From Selaginella moellendorffii (Eukaryota > Plantae > Lycopodiophyta): DNA of 64,000 bases. Location: NCBI RefSeq assembly GCF_000143415.4, contig NW_003314276.1, positions 1,242,574-1,306,573 of the forward strand. Direction: 5' to 3'. Positions 1 through 12,925 of this stretch are shown in pieces (position 1 is the stretch's first letter; each line of letters starts with the position of its first letter). A program made the position numbers and the translations under genes. Below the pieces are notes generated by a model. It did not search any database, was not told the DNA's origin, and saw only the letters and a program-made list of their open reading frames with translations.

Positions 1-2692
1 TTTATTCAGCCAAGTAAGTCTCTGTTTGGTGCTCCGGTCTTGCTTTTGAAAAAAGACGGTTCAATGCAGATGTTATTGACTACCGTGCCTTGAACAATAA
101 GATAGTGAAGGATAAGACGCTGATGCCGATGCCACATATGGATGATATTTTAGACAAGCTTGGTGAAGCACGAGTGTTTACCAAGATTGATCTGAGGAGT
201 GGATATCATTAGATTGCAATAGATGATGCATCTATTTCCAAGACAGCATTTAACACAAGCTTCAGGCATTTTAAGTTTATAATTATGCCAATTGGTTTGA
301 CAAATGCACCAACCACATTTATTTGGTTCATGACAAAGGTATTTAGGCGTTACCTTCATGAGTTTTTGGACATTTTCTTGGACAATATTCTTGTTTTCAG
401 TAAGAATATGGAGGAGCATAGGGTGCATTTATACAAAGTTCTTTTGTTACTCCATGATAATAAAATTTATGTGAAAAAGAGCAAATATGAATTTACAAAA
501 TCAAAGGTGGAATATCTAAGCCATATTGTGACATCTAAGGGTGTCAAGACGAATCCCAAGAAGGTGGCTGTGGTGGAGAATTGGCCTACACCAACTTCAG
601 TGGCTAAGTTATGCAACTTTCTTGGAATGGTTAGTAGTTACTACTGATGTTTCTAACATAAGTTTGCAAAGGTCTATCTATTCCTTTGATACGGTTGTTA
701 TGCAAGAACGTGCCATTCGAGTGAAAGAAGCTACAAGAGGAGAGTCTTGTGGTGCTGAAACCATTGTTGAGCGAGGCTCCAATACTTCACATTGCTGATC
801 CATTGAAACCTTACGTGGTGACATGCAATGCGAGTGGTTATGCACTGGGAGGAGTTCTCATGCAAGAGGGATAGCCTATTGCATATGAGAGTCGAACTTT
901 GAATCCCACAAAGCAACACTATTCCACATATGAGCAAAAGTTACTTTCTATTGTTCATGCTTTGCGGACATGGTGGCATTATCTTTATGGTGCAGTGTTT
1001 GTGGTGTTAATGGATCACAAACCATTTATGTATATTTTCACACAGAAGGATTTGAACACTAAACAAGCTCGTTGAATAATCAAACTCATAGAGTTTGGGG
1101 AGTTTCCTATTGAGCATCGTCCAGGAAAATCAAATGTGGTGGCAGATGCTTTATCTTGTGTTCATCATGTGATAACATTACAAACACAGTTTTGTCATTA
1201 TTTGAGTAAGGTGGTTAGTGAGGTTGGGCAGTTGGTTGCACATGCTCAAGCTCAGGATGCTGAGGTGGTCTCTTTGTGAGACTAGATAGACACCCCTTTC
1301 TCATTGGTGGATGGGATTCTCTACTACAATGGCCGTATATATTTGCCACGGGTGGATGCATTAATTACTCAAGTTTTATTCCACTATGATGATCGTCCAG
1401 AGGCCGGTCATTTTGGGGGGAAGAAGATGTATGAGTTGATTAAGTGTAATTTTTATTGGAAGAATATAAAGGCTAATATCCTCGAGTATTATAAATCATG
1501 TGAGCTCTATCAGTGGGTTAAGGTGCCACGGAAGAAGCTGGGGGGACTTTTGCAACCTTTACCTATTCCTCAGAGCCATTGGTGAAGTATCTCTATGGAT
1601 TTCATCACTTTTTTGCCATGCACACAAAGGTAAAAGGAGCAAGTATGGGTTATAATGAATCAGTTGACGAAGTATGTGCAATTGTTGGCTCTTCGAAAGA
1701 CTGTCACTGCCTCAAACTTAGCTACTGTCTACTTGGAGAAGGTTTTTCCTGATTTTGGTTTGCTAGAAGACATTATTAGTGATCAAGATTCAAAGTTCAC
1801 AAGTGGATTTTAGAAGAGCTTTGCAAAAGCTATGCAAGTGACTTTGAAACTCTCGAGTGGAAATCATCCTTAGATGGATGGGCAAACCAAACATGTGAAT
1901 TAGGTGGTGGAGGATATGCTACGAGGACAGTGGGATTTATATCTTCCATTGGTATAATTTACTTACAACAATAGCTAACATAATGGAACCAAGTTAAGTC
2001 TTTACTTTGCCATGTTTGGAAGGCATCCCCAAACAGCGGTGGAGTTGGGATTGCAATGGAATTTGTAGGTAGCTCAGGAGAGAGCGGAGAAGTTTCCTAA
2101 TGAGTATCGCCAATTCTGGGAATATAAGATGGGTGATTTTGTCTTTATGCGAGTGATCTTTCCGTCAAGTGAGTAGCAAAACACTTTGGTGCCTTTGCAG
2201 ACAAGGAAGAGTGATAAACTTTCCCATCGATATGCTGGTCCATATGAAGTGCTGGAGTGCATTGGTAAAGCGGCTTATCAAGTGCGGCTGCTAGCTGGGT
2301 TGAAAATTCATTTGGTATTTTATATTAGCTAGTTGAAAGGTGTACTATCTCGGAGTGACAGGCCCAATGCCTCCTTGATGTATACGGCTGTGGAAGATGG
2401 ACCAAAAGGTTCCCTAGAAAGGGTGATCACCAGTACAACTCGTCCTTGGGACAAAGACTTTGTTGGGGGGAAAGAATTGTCAGGCATCTTTGACCACGTA
2501 GTCAACGTCTGTCAAAGGGAGGCTCAATAGTATATTAAGGCATGTTAAGGTAAATAGGACTTAACATACCCTAGGGCTCATAGTAGAGCTTTTGAGGTGG
2601 CTTGGGGTGGTTGGGTGGTAAGGAACCTCAAGATGTGGTATAGCATAGTATAGAGTGATTAGATCTCTATTTTTTTATATCGGATTATAACA
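1..2692 (+). mobile_element. Ty3/gypsy element A0, 3' part (degenerate RT-RNaseH-integrase, PPT, 3' LTR); 5' part lies outside the window
   Basis: RT motifs MPIGLTNAP and FLDNIL(YxDD); integrase H..H/C..C and RYAGPYEVL; many stops; PPT GGGGGGAAAGAA ~2465-2476; colinear with 33214-35451. Confidence 0.93.
2478..2692 (+). repeat. 3' LTR of A0 (~215 bp, TG...CA)
   Basis: Follows the PPT; homologous to 15526-15740 and 35219-35451. Confidence 0.88.
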
Positions 2693-4289
2693 GTAACATT
2701 TGCAAAGATGATCCTTGCGAGTAAGATAGTAGTGAACTAGCACCTCAAAAATAGCCAGGAGGCTAGGACCTTACAGGTCGTCAAATTAGCAAAGTTCAAA
2801 AAACTGGATGACTCGAGTGGAGTCAAGGAATGGTCCTAAAAGACTAGTGGAAGCAAGTTTGTTGTACCTTACGAAGTATGGGGAGGATCATTAAATCCAA
2901 ATATGATAACAGTGGGTATCTCATTGATGGCAAAACATGCCATATTAAAGTTGTAGGAAAGGTGCCCAGAAGAAAACAACTTTGGCACAGAGTTGTGTGA
3001 GAACACTAGTGTAGTGCTAACTAATAGTTGGCATGAGAAACAACTACTTTGGTCTTGGCAAAGACCTAGACACAAGTGAGAAGTGTCGTAAAGATATGCT
3101 TGTAAAGCCAATAGTTTGGAAACACCAAATGTGCCAAAGTGTGATGCCTTGAGGTCAAGTTAGTGGGTTTATGAGAACCCTTGCCAAAAGAACCCCAATG
3201 GAAATAGGAATAATATAGCCTAAATTGGGATTAGAGTCTGGTGACCCAAATAATGATGGAGGTGTAGAAGCATCAACAATGAGTTGTAGGAAAGCAAAAA
3301 GTGCAAAATAATTGATTGAATTGGTAAAAGTTAACTACCTAAGACTTTTTATTAGGATAAGGAAGTTAGATGCACCCTTCCGAGGGATAAATTACTTATG
3401 TTGAAATATAATAAGTTAATGTCGTAAAGGGAAATGCTCATTGTCAAAGAAAGTCATCATTAGAACATCTAAACACTCTAAAATACCAGGGAGTGGTGTT
3501 TGGTATCATGAGGGCATTAAATATGGCCCAAGGGACTAAATCCCTAACAAATAATAGATAGAAGGTGTTATCTAATGTCTAAAGTTGCAAAAATGGGAGA
3601 AATCTATTTATCCAAATTGGATAAAGCAAAAAAGGGAATTTGGCATGGCTAAAAATAGGCATAAAGAGGCCCATGTGTAACAACGTTAATTTTGTGTGTA
3701 GGATTACATAGTGAATATATCCAAATTGAAAACCCACTCCCTAAGTTATTGAGTAGGTTCATCCCCAAAAATACTTACTAAGGCATGGTAGAAAATGCAA
3801 AATTACCTTTTTAGATAGGAGGAGGATAACTAAAGGGAAGGCATAAGGCTAAAAATCAAGTAATAAAGGGATAAAATTGAACCATATGAATTGAAGGGCA
3901 TAACTAGGGTGTTTATGTAAGTTAGGAATAAAGAATCAAGTGGGTGCTCGAACGTGTTGCTATTAACAACTGTAATGCCATGAAGAGTTTAAAGTATGGA
4001 ATTATCTATGTTAGACCATATGATAATTAGAAAGTTTACAAAAGGAAAAGCATTAGCAAACTAAGGGACAAAGTTCCTTTAAAATTCCCAAAGACAATTT
4101 TAGGTAACTTAGTATCTAGAAAAACAAGTGTAAATGGTTCATAAAATATACGAAATCAGTGTGGTGTAGCAGAAGTGTGGTCTTGAAGCTTGCCATGAGG
4201 CAAGGCTATCAAGGTTGAGGAAGTAGTCCCTGAGTCTTCAAAGAGATGGCTTTGAACAAAAGTCGATGATTAACGACTTTCACGCTTAT
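2693..4289 (+). mobile_element. Old internal fragment of family C (C0), part 1, non-coding
   Basis: Diverged match to the reverse complement of ~42520-44130 (e.g. GGATGACTCGAGTGGAGTCAAGGAATGGTCCTAAAAG). Confidence 0.8.
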
Positions 4290-5422
4290 TGTAGCGCATG
4301 TGGTTTTGACCCTTTATCCTATGGTGATCTACCATAGGATAACACCACAAAGCAGAACCTAAACCCTCTTTGTGCCACGTGACAGATGCCACCTGTCCAT
4401 GCCATGTGTCCATAGGAACCCGAGGTTCAGGGCCTTGGGCCACTGAACGAAGGAACAGTGCCAAACTCCCAAGCGTGGAGCCAAGGAGTGATGGAACCAG
4501 ACCACGGAGCAACTCCCAAGCATTTAGCCCAAGGAGCAAAGGGACAGAAGCCCGAAGCGACTTGGAACAGTCCTAGAGCAACTAGTATCCTAATGCCAGG
4601 ATCAACACGCAAAACGGAGCCAAATGGAGTCTGGCACTATTTCGGCATACCAGTGGCCTAAGGTGAGGATATGGGTACTCCACCAGCTAGCATGGAATGG
4701 AACTTAGGCTTAGACCCAAGCCGAATGCAGAACAAGGACAAGCACGCAAGCGGGAGCTAGACTATGCCTCAGGTTGGTCGGCCATGCCCGACCTACCCAC
4801 TATCCCTACTATACATTTGGAACCCCCCATAGCCCCCCCCCCCCCTTGAGGAACACACGCTTTGGGCTTTCACCCCAAGCCTCCCTTAGTACCAGAAGTT
4901 AGTCTCTGGGACAAGCTCAAAACTTACTAAATATGGAATGTCCTTAGATTATGAATTTGGACATGGGACGAACACCATTGTGTTCGGGCCGATCTCTACA
5001 TTCCGTAGATATGCCAAATGAGCAAATCTAGACACTTTCCAGAAATAGCATTTGGGACCAAAATGAGACTAACACAAAGGGCATGATAGCGAGGGTGTTT
5101 GGCAGACACGGTAAGCTATCATATAGCGAATATTGAGGGACCAAGCTCAATATCACGGGGGTTCCCAACACTAGCAAGTGCAAGTCAACGAATGAGTTTC
5201 TCTAACCAGGTCAAGTATGCTTGACTAATAGCACTTAGGAATTCCGTCCTTATGCCCATCTAGTCAAGTGCACACGCGAGGACCAGTTTCTCAACTAGCT
5301 TAGGCGGAGACTAATAACGGGTCCAGCAATACCAACCTCCTGCCATTGTGGCAGTAAGGTAAGAGTGTCCGTAAGGACTAGCCGACAAGTAACTTTCGAT
5401 ACCTGAAGTCACATTCACGACA
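4290..5422 (-). repeat. 3' LTR of B1
   Basis: TGTAGCGC...CACGACA; near-identical to 10299-11431. Confidence 0.95.
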
Positions 5423-5849
5423 CTTATGTATAAAATCATATTACGCTAATCAGATGACTTGTTAAGCGAGATTAGCAAGTTGGAGGGAACAAAGTTGAAA
5501 GTGTTGACTTCAAAAAGGGGTGGCCCATAGGGCCAAGCATGGAGGAGTTCATGCATGATCACAGACTTGTCAAGTGAAAGGACTTAGCAGTTTGAACGAA
5601 TAAGTTCTTGAGTTATGATCCATAATACAGTTTAAGTATAAGTTGGTGTACCAGTGTGGGGAGTCACACCAGACATCTTGGGTGATGCTGTCCATATATG
5701 CATATATAGAGGTTGGGTTCGAGTCCCAACCCTTTAGTGCTTGGGTTTGAGTCCTAACTCATTAGGGCGTGGCAATAGTTTAGAATATGAGGACACTTAT
5801 TTTTCGGTGGTCATAGACTCTTAGTGAGGAGACTGGCTTGGGCACACCA
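5423..5849 (+). repeat. 427-bp copy of B1's external flank (11432-11858) located inside B1
   Basis: Direct repeat at offset 6009, about 9 substitutions. Confidence 0.93.
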
Positions 5850-8800
5850 GCACTTGGGCTTGGACAATATCAAAGTCATAGACAATGATATCTGAGAGAC
5901 TAAATTATCAGTAAATATAGCTTAGATTAGAATACAAAAGTATTCCAAATAAGTTATCATCTGATAAACTAGTATTACAGTATAGAAACCACCAAGATCA
6001 CTATAATTGGTAAACATAGGAATCACCATCCAACAAAATTCAATAGCAAATAGATCATCAAAGAAACTCAATGATGAAACTTAACTATCGAAAATGGCAG
6101 ATAGTATGCCAAACAACTCACAAAACACAACTCAAAGAACACAAAGTATTATTGAGTAACAAGCACAATGCTCGCGAATGTATCACCCGAAGGAAATAAT
6201 ATCCTAATCTATGAGAACTAACTCGAGCAATAATCAACAGAACAAAATAAATGTTGCAAAGCAAACAAATGCTTGTTCATATTAACCATTGCACTAGCCA
6301 ATCCGAATAGATCCCAGCCAACAACACTAAGGAACTCAAGTTGCCTAAGCAAGTGTCAGCAACATCCTACTAATGTCTCAAACCCAAGAGACCAATCCAG
6401 AGCAAACCACAAACAACTTGTGGTATTGCAAAAAGCCATAAGCTATCAAAGAGAACAACTAACCATCATGAAAGATCATTAATCATGCCATCAATAAAAG
6501 ATATGCAGAATCATCGTCTTAGAAGGAATCCACCATCCCGAAGAATAATAAATCAATCTAGATCAACAATAATCAAGCAAAAACCTCGTACAAGGATAAT
6601 CAATTATCCTAGATGATAGTCAATCATCACCAATAATTGTTAAATGCAAATACTAACTTGTACATCGAAGCTAAAAAGCCAAAAATGCCTTCCCCCCAAC
6701 AACTTCTAACAAATGGAACAATGAGCATAATAAACTCAAAGGACCAAAAGTTCGAAGAAGCCTATAGCCAAGTCTTGCCTAACAATGATCACAAGTCTCG
6801 CACGAACTAAATTCAATGCTAAAGAAGAAATCATGGTAGAACCACAATATCCCTTTCAATACATCCATAAGCTAACTTTATAATGCGAAAGCTAATGAAG
6901 AGCATGTCTGCATCAATCCAAAAGCCAAACATAACAAAGTTATGCTCAATAAGTGATCATCTAATCGATCTTCCATGAATCCATCTATAGCAAGACATAG
7001 CTCACATCGTAACAAGCACAAGGGGAATCATCAATTATCAATATATTTCAATTCAAACCCAATAAGGATTCAAACTTTCTAATATTGATCACTAACTCTT
7101 TCGCTTGTAAAGTTAGCATAGTCCACGACTGAATCACTTTTCAAGGACAAGCTTAAAGCTCAACCCTTACTAAACAAACTCATCGAGAACACAACTAACT
7201 CAACTTGCCACTCAGTTCATTTGAACGTCAATACAATTGCTAACTAGCAAATGCATGAATGCCAACAACACAAAGCTAAAGCCAAATCATCAACACTTTT
7301 CATCAAGACTAATGAAACTCAATATCAATCCTAAGGAAAGACATTTCATTTCACTCAAGTCTCAATATCAACAATATCAATGACAAGGCATCACTTCAAT
7401 GCCATCAACACCAGGACAAAGCTAGAAGAAAGCAAGAGTGAATCACCACTCGGAGCTTTCTAGCAACCAAGCTAACCAAAGTTGAAGATACTATACTTAG
7501 TATCCGAGACCAATCCTTCAGCAAAACTCAGTGACAGATAACACATCATCAAGGAGTGAATCACCACATTCAAGACTCAATGAAATCCAACACTATAGAC
7601 CATAATGATATCGACAAAAGAATTGATATGCCAACATGGAAAAAACCATGCCAACCTAATAACACGATCCTCCGCAACACCATCTAGTAAAGCAAGCCCA
7701 TCACCGCTAAATCATCATCGAGCAAAGCAAGTGTCAAAAGTCCTTGACGAAGTCTACAAGTAATCACTAGTCACAAAGCAACTAACAATCACTCCTCAAC
7801 TTGCCTTCACAAGACCCAAACACCAACTCTTGTCATCAAGTTATATACTTGCCCAATATGAACGTGATACCCCAGGTACGAGATAAAAGTTCATAGACAA
7901 GCACAAACTAAATGACCACTCGAATCCAACTCAACCGCAATAAGCTCACTAAAACATTTAGCCACTAGCTCTGAGCATGCCTTTGAAGAGGCTAGCTATA
8001 CAATCAACACTCAGTCGAAACTAAAATGAAAACCATAAGATGGACTCATATCGGTACACAACCTCCTTATAGACAAAGCTATAGTATGGGTACCAACATC
8101 TCAACCTCAAACAACTAAGTTGGACATCACCATCCTTAGCCAAGGCGTAGGGCCACCAAGACCAAGTCAAGATCAGTGAGAGCTCACTACTCTCATAGAG
8201 TCTTAACAAAATGCAAGGTGCAACCTGCCACCAAGCATAATGCTACAAAAAAAAGGCACAAGAGTCACCCTTCTTAGAAAAGTGCAACGGCCATTTTTCT
8301 ACACCAACTCTAGACTCTATTCAACTCAATTGCTTTAACCACAAAAGTCAATATCCTTTTCAGGCCGCATCATACAAACTACCCACTAAGGTTTAGGCTA
8401 ACCAAAGTCAACTCCAACCCCTTCACTAGTTTGTATTGGCTTACGAAAATGGAATGGTTTTTGGCAAAGTGATCAATGGATCAGCCATTGAAAAAGCCTA
8501 AGAAAATTTGTGGAAAATTTTCCATCATAGAGAAAGAATGACTCTCAGTCCAGGAATGCAAACTTTCAAGACTCAACCAACTTCTGCCTACCTACTACTT
8601 CACATAAGTTCACCTCAACACAAATTCTCATGATCTAACAATACGTCTAAGCATCAAACATCTTTGCCCATCTAATCGATATCCAACACTGACACCCGCA
8701 AAGAGCAAAATGAACATCTAAAGCTTGATCACGAAGACCACATCGTCGGATATCCATATTGCACTAACACTCTTCTTCAACCACCTTCAAGATCCAATGT

Positions 8801-10298
8801 GAAGCCAAAACACTAACAAGAAAAATGACATGGAAAATCAAGCTCTAAGGAAAATTCCTCATCACTCGAATCAACAATGCCACTTCCACTAACACAAGTG
8901 CTAGTGATGTCAATGTGTCAACCTTACACCTTCTCCATCCAATAATCTACTCCAAGTGCTAACGAATCAACAGATGAGCTATAGCAAATGAATGCTACAA
9001 CCCATTCCCAACACCTTATAGGCAAACCCTCAAGGAAACAAGGTACCAACTTAAGCTTAGCATAATGGACCACCATTGAGAATCCAGTCAAAGCTACTAC
9101 AATGCTACTTCGTGCAAGTAGACTAGCTTCTCCATCAACCACTTTGGGGGTTGATCATCGTTTATCTAAGTAACTTCGTAAACACATTGTTTACTATCAC
9201 ATGGATATGATATATAATCACAATGACTTGATCATCAATCGAGCAACACTACGAGCATCACCCATGTCACTACTACAAAGGTTTACGTAAATATCAAGTG
9301 TCAACTCAATTCAATAAAATGTAACATAAATGCCACACTCCACTGATAGAAATTTATAACACCAAATACCACCAACTTTTGTTCACAACACAGATAAGCT
9401 CATGCCACTCTCTTTCTGACCAAACTCAAAACTAATCCAACACCAAGCTACTCAAGGAGCAATAGCAAGGTTCCCCGGAAAAGAATTGAGCATTGCAACC
9501 CAAGTCTTCCAATAGCAAGCTTAGACAAAATGGTATAGCACTTCACCACTATCCATCCCACAACTCACCATTGTAAGACCACCATCTCCAACATGCATCT
9601 AGATAGGGACTCTTGATTGCATGATGTGAATACAAGCAATGAGTTAACACCAAGCTACTGCGAATCATTTCTCCAAAAAAGAAGATGATTTACGTATTTG
9701 ATCCTCCATCCCCGATGACTCTCTTTTCGGTCTCATCTTTGACCAAACCTCAAGCTTGCTTTCGCACTGCCTTCAGTTCAATCGAAGAAAAGTTTATGAG
9801 AGAGCACGGCCATGATTACTTGAACCAATAGATTAATCCCTATAGTCTTGATTGATCCACTTATAATCATGCCTAGGAAAGATCCACTAGTGCCGTGCTA
9901 AACAGCTACGGACCAGCCTATTTGCCACTCATAGCAAACTCAGGGAAAGTTTACTTTCACCCACGGTACATGGAACAACTCATGGAACCACCGATAGACT
10001 AACATTAATCCTGCCAACTCAAAGTGTAACCTCGAGTTGCTAATGTGCCTCACTCACGAGCTCAAGCTTAAACTCGTGCTACCGGAACAACTCAAATCCA
10101 TCCTATGAGCCCAAGCGCAAGCTCACATCATAAGGTACAATAAGGTAACAATATCCATACCCAAGGAACCAATTGCAAAGCCTTTGCACCCAAATGTGTA
10201 CCCACTCGGATCATCGTTTTCATCTCTGCGTATGCAACAAGACTAGTTGCCCAATCTCATTGAATAGTACTTGCTGAGACTCATCCTCTGATACCAAA

Positions 10299-11431
10299 TG
10301 TAGCGCATGTGGTTTTGACCCTTTATCCTATGGTGATCTACCATAGGATAACACCACAAAGCGGAACCTAAACCCTCTTTGTGCCACGTGACAGATGCCA
10401 CATGTCACATGCCACGTGTCTATAGGAACCCGAGGTTCAGGGCCTTGGGCCACTGAACGAAGGAACAGTGCCAAACTCCCAAGCTGGAGCCAAGGAGTGA
10501 TGGAACTGAACCACGGAGCAACTCCCAAGCATTTAGCCCAAGGAGCAAAGGGACAGAAGCCCGAAGCGACTTGGAACAGTCCTAGAGCAACCAGTATTCT
10601 AATGCCAGGACCAACACGCAAAACAGAGCCAAATGGAGTCTGGCACTATTTCGGCATACTGGTGGCCTAACGTGAGGATATAGGTACTCCACCAGCTAGC
10701 ATGGAATGGAACTTAGGCTTAGACCCAAGCTGGACGCAGAACAAGGACAGACACGCAAGCGGGAGCTAGACTATGCCTCAGGTTGGTCAGCCATACCCGA
10801 CCTACCCACTATCCCTACTATACATTTGGAACCCCCCATAGCCCCCCCCCCCCCTTGAGGAACACACGCTTTGGGCTTTCACCCCAAGCCTCCCTTAGTA
10901 CCAGAAGTTAGTCTCTGGGACAAGCTCAAAACTTACTAAATATGGAATGTCCTTAGATTATGAATTTGGACATGGGACGAACACCATTGTGTTCGGGCCG
11001 ATCTCTACATTCCGTAGATATGCCAAATGAGCAAATCTAGACACTTTCCAGAAATAGCATTTGGGACCGAAATGAGACTAACACAAAGGGCATGATAGTG
11101 AGGGTGTTTGGCAGACATGGTAAGTTATCATATAGCGAATATTGAGGGACCAAGCTCAATATCGCGGGGGTTCCCAACACTAGCAAGTGCAAGTCAACGA
11201 ATGAGTTTCTCTAACCAGGTCAAGTATGCTTGACTAATAACACTTAGGAATTCCGTCCTTATGCCCATCTGGTCAAGTGCACACGCGAGGACCAGTTTCT
11301 CAACTAGCTTAGGCGGAGACTAATAACGGGTCCAGCAATACCGACCTCCTGCCATCGTGGCAGTAAGGTAAGAGTGTCCGTAAGGACTGGCCGACAAGTA
11401 ACTTTCGATACCTGAAGTCACATTCGCGACA
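10299..11431 (-). repeat. 5' LTR of B1
   Basis: Adjacent to the minus-strand PBS. Confidence 0.95.
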
Positions 11432-12925
11432 CTTATGTATAAAATCATATTACGCTAATCAGATGACTTGTTAAGCGAGATTAGCAAGTTGGAGGGAACA
11501 AAGTTGAAAGTGTTGACTTCAAAAAGGGGTGGCCCATAGGGCCAAGCATGGAGGAGTTCATGCATGATCACAGACTTGTCAAGTGAAAGGACTTAGCAGT
11601 TTGAACAAATAAGTTCTTGAGTTATGATCCATAACACAGTTTAGGTATAAGTTGGTGTACCAGTGTGGAGAGTCACACTAGACATCCTGGGTGATGCTGT
11701 CCATATATGCATATATAGAGGTTGGGTTCGAGTCCCAACCCTTTAGTGCTTGGGTTTGAATCCTAACTCATTAGGGCATGGCAATAGTTTAGAATATGAG
11801 GACACTTATTTTTCGATGGTCATAGACTCTTAGTGAGGAGACTGGCTTGGGCACACCACCAAGCAGGGGATGCCCTAGAGTTGTGATAAACAATTAGATT
11901 ACTTAGTGTGAAAGCTCAGCATAATTAACTTGAATACTTTGGTGCAAGTGGCACCAAAGATGTGGTGAATGAGATGGGGACACCCAATCTCAATTGCTAT
12001 GGACCCTTGGCCGGAAAGGCTGGCTTGGGCACACCGCCAAGTAAGGGGGATGCCTCTAGGATCATGGTAAACAAGTTAAGGGTTTGGAAGACTTAGTACT
12101 TATTAGCAAATTTGTTAAGGTGTCAAAGTTACATCAATAGGTGATTTTATAGCTAAAACAAAGACAAAGTCCTTGTGAGGTTGAGGAATAAAGTTCTTAG
12201 TTTAAAGTGTTGATTTGAACTATTGATAATGGTATGACTTCGTCGAAGTGACCAAGTGGGAAAGATACCTAAAGGAAATGAACTACAACAATGCAATGGT
12301 ATTACGAGCTTAAGAAAGGGATTTATGGGTAGGTTGCTAGGTTAAGCCGTGCATAGAGCACATAATAGAAAATGCTAAAACGACCTACTAAGGGTGAACA
12401 CCCCTTGAACTTAGTAAAGTAGAGCTTTTGCTATGGAACGAAAAGGATATCTCAAGGATGGAGGTAGTGATCTTATGTTGCTTGGTGCAACAATCAATGG
12501 ATATAAACAAAATACTAGTGGCCAAATTTGGGCCATGCAAGTCATTGGAAGAAATCTAAATAATAAAGTTGAGTAAGGAACAATTAGGTGTTGAATGCTA
12601 ATGCATCATGGGAAAGAGAATTTTTCAAGGATGGATTTCCAAATGCTCCAACTTAGCAAAGGTGAAAGCTCGAGAGGAAAGAGCGGCAAGGTAGCCAAAT
12701 GATAGGGCCATGGATAGCCCTAGCACAAATTATGGAAAAATGAAACTTAATGCCTAAAGTGGCACAAAATAGGAGAGTGGATGATGGTGCCCTCAAGTAA
12801 AGAACTTCTTGAAATGGGGAAATGGAGTTTGCACAACACATGCAATACAAAGTGTCAGAAACATGTAGGAAATTGACTTTGAGACATCAAAATTAAAAGT
12901 TCCAAGGTGTGATAGTTATGCTGGT
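11432..12925 (+). mobile_element. C0 internal fragment, part 2; no LTR follows
   Basis: Diverged match to the reverse complement of ~40300-42520, lacking the Cassandra insert. Confidence 0.8.

Larger units (their letters stand above)
4290..11431 (-). mobile_element. Non-autonomous LARD-like LTR element B1
   Basis: 1133-bp LTRs 4290-5422 and 10299-11431; TSD CTTAT (4285-4289 / 11432-11436); tRNA-iMet PBS on minus strand (CTCTGATACCA 10286-10296); no long ORF; interior colinear with B2. Confidence 0.92.

Noticed and set aside
5423-5849. Simple assembly duplication
   Set aside because: The copies differ by about 9 transition-type substitutions and there is a filler junction; kept as a finding, pending read check.
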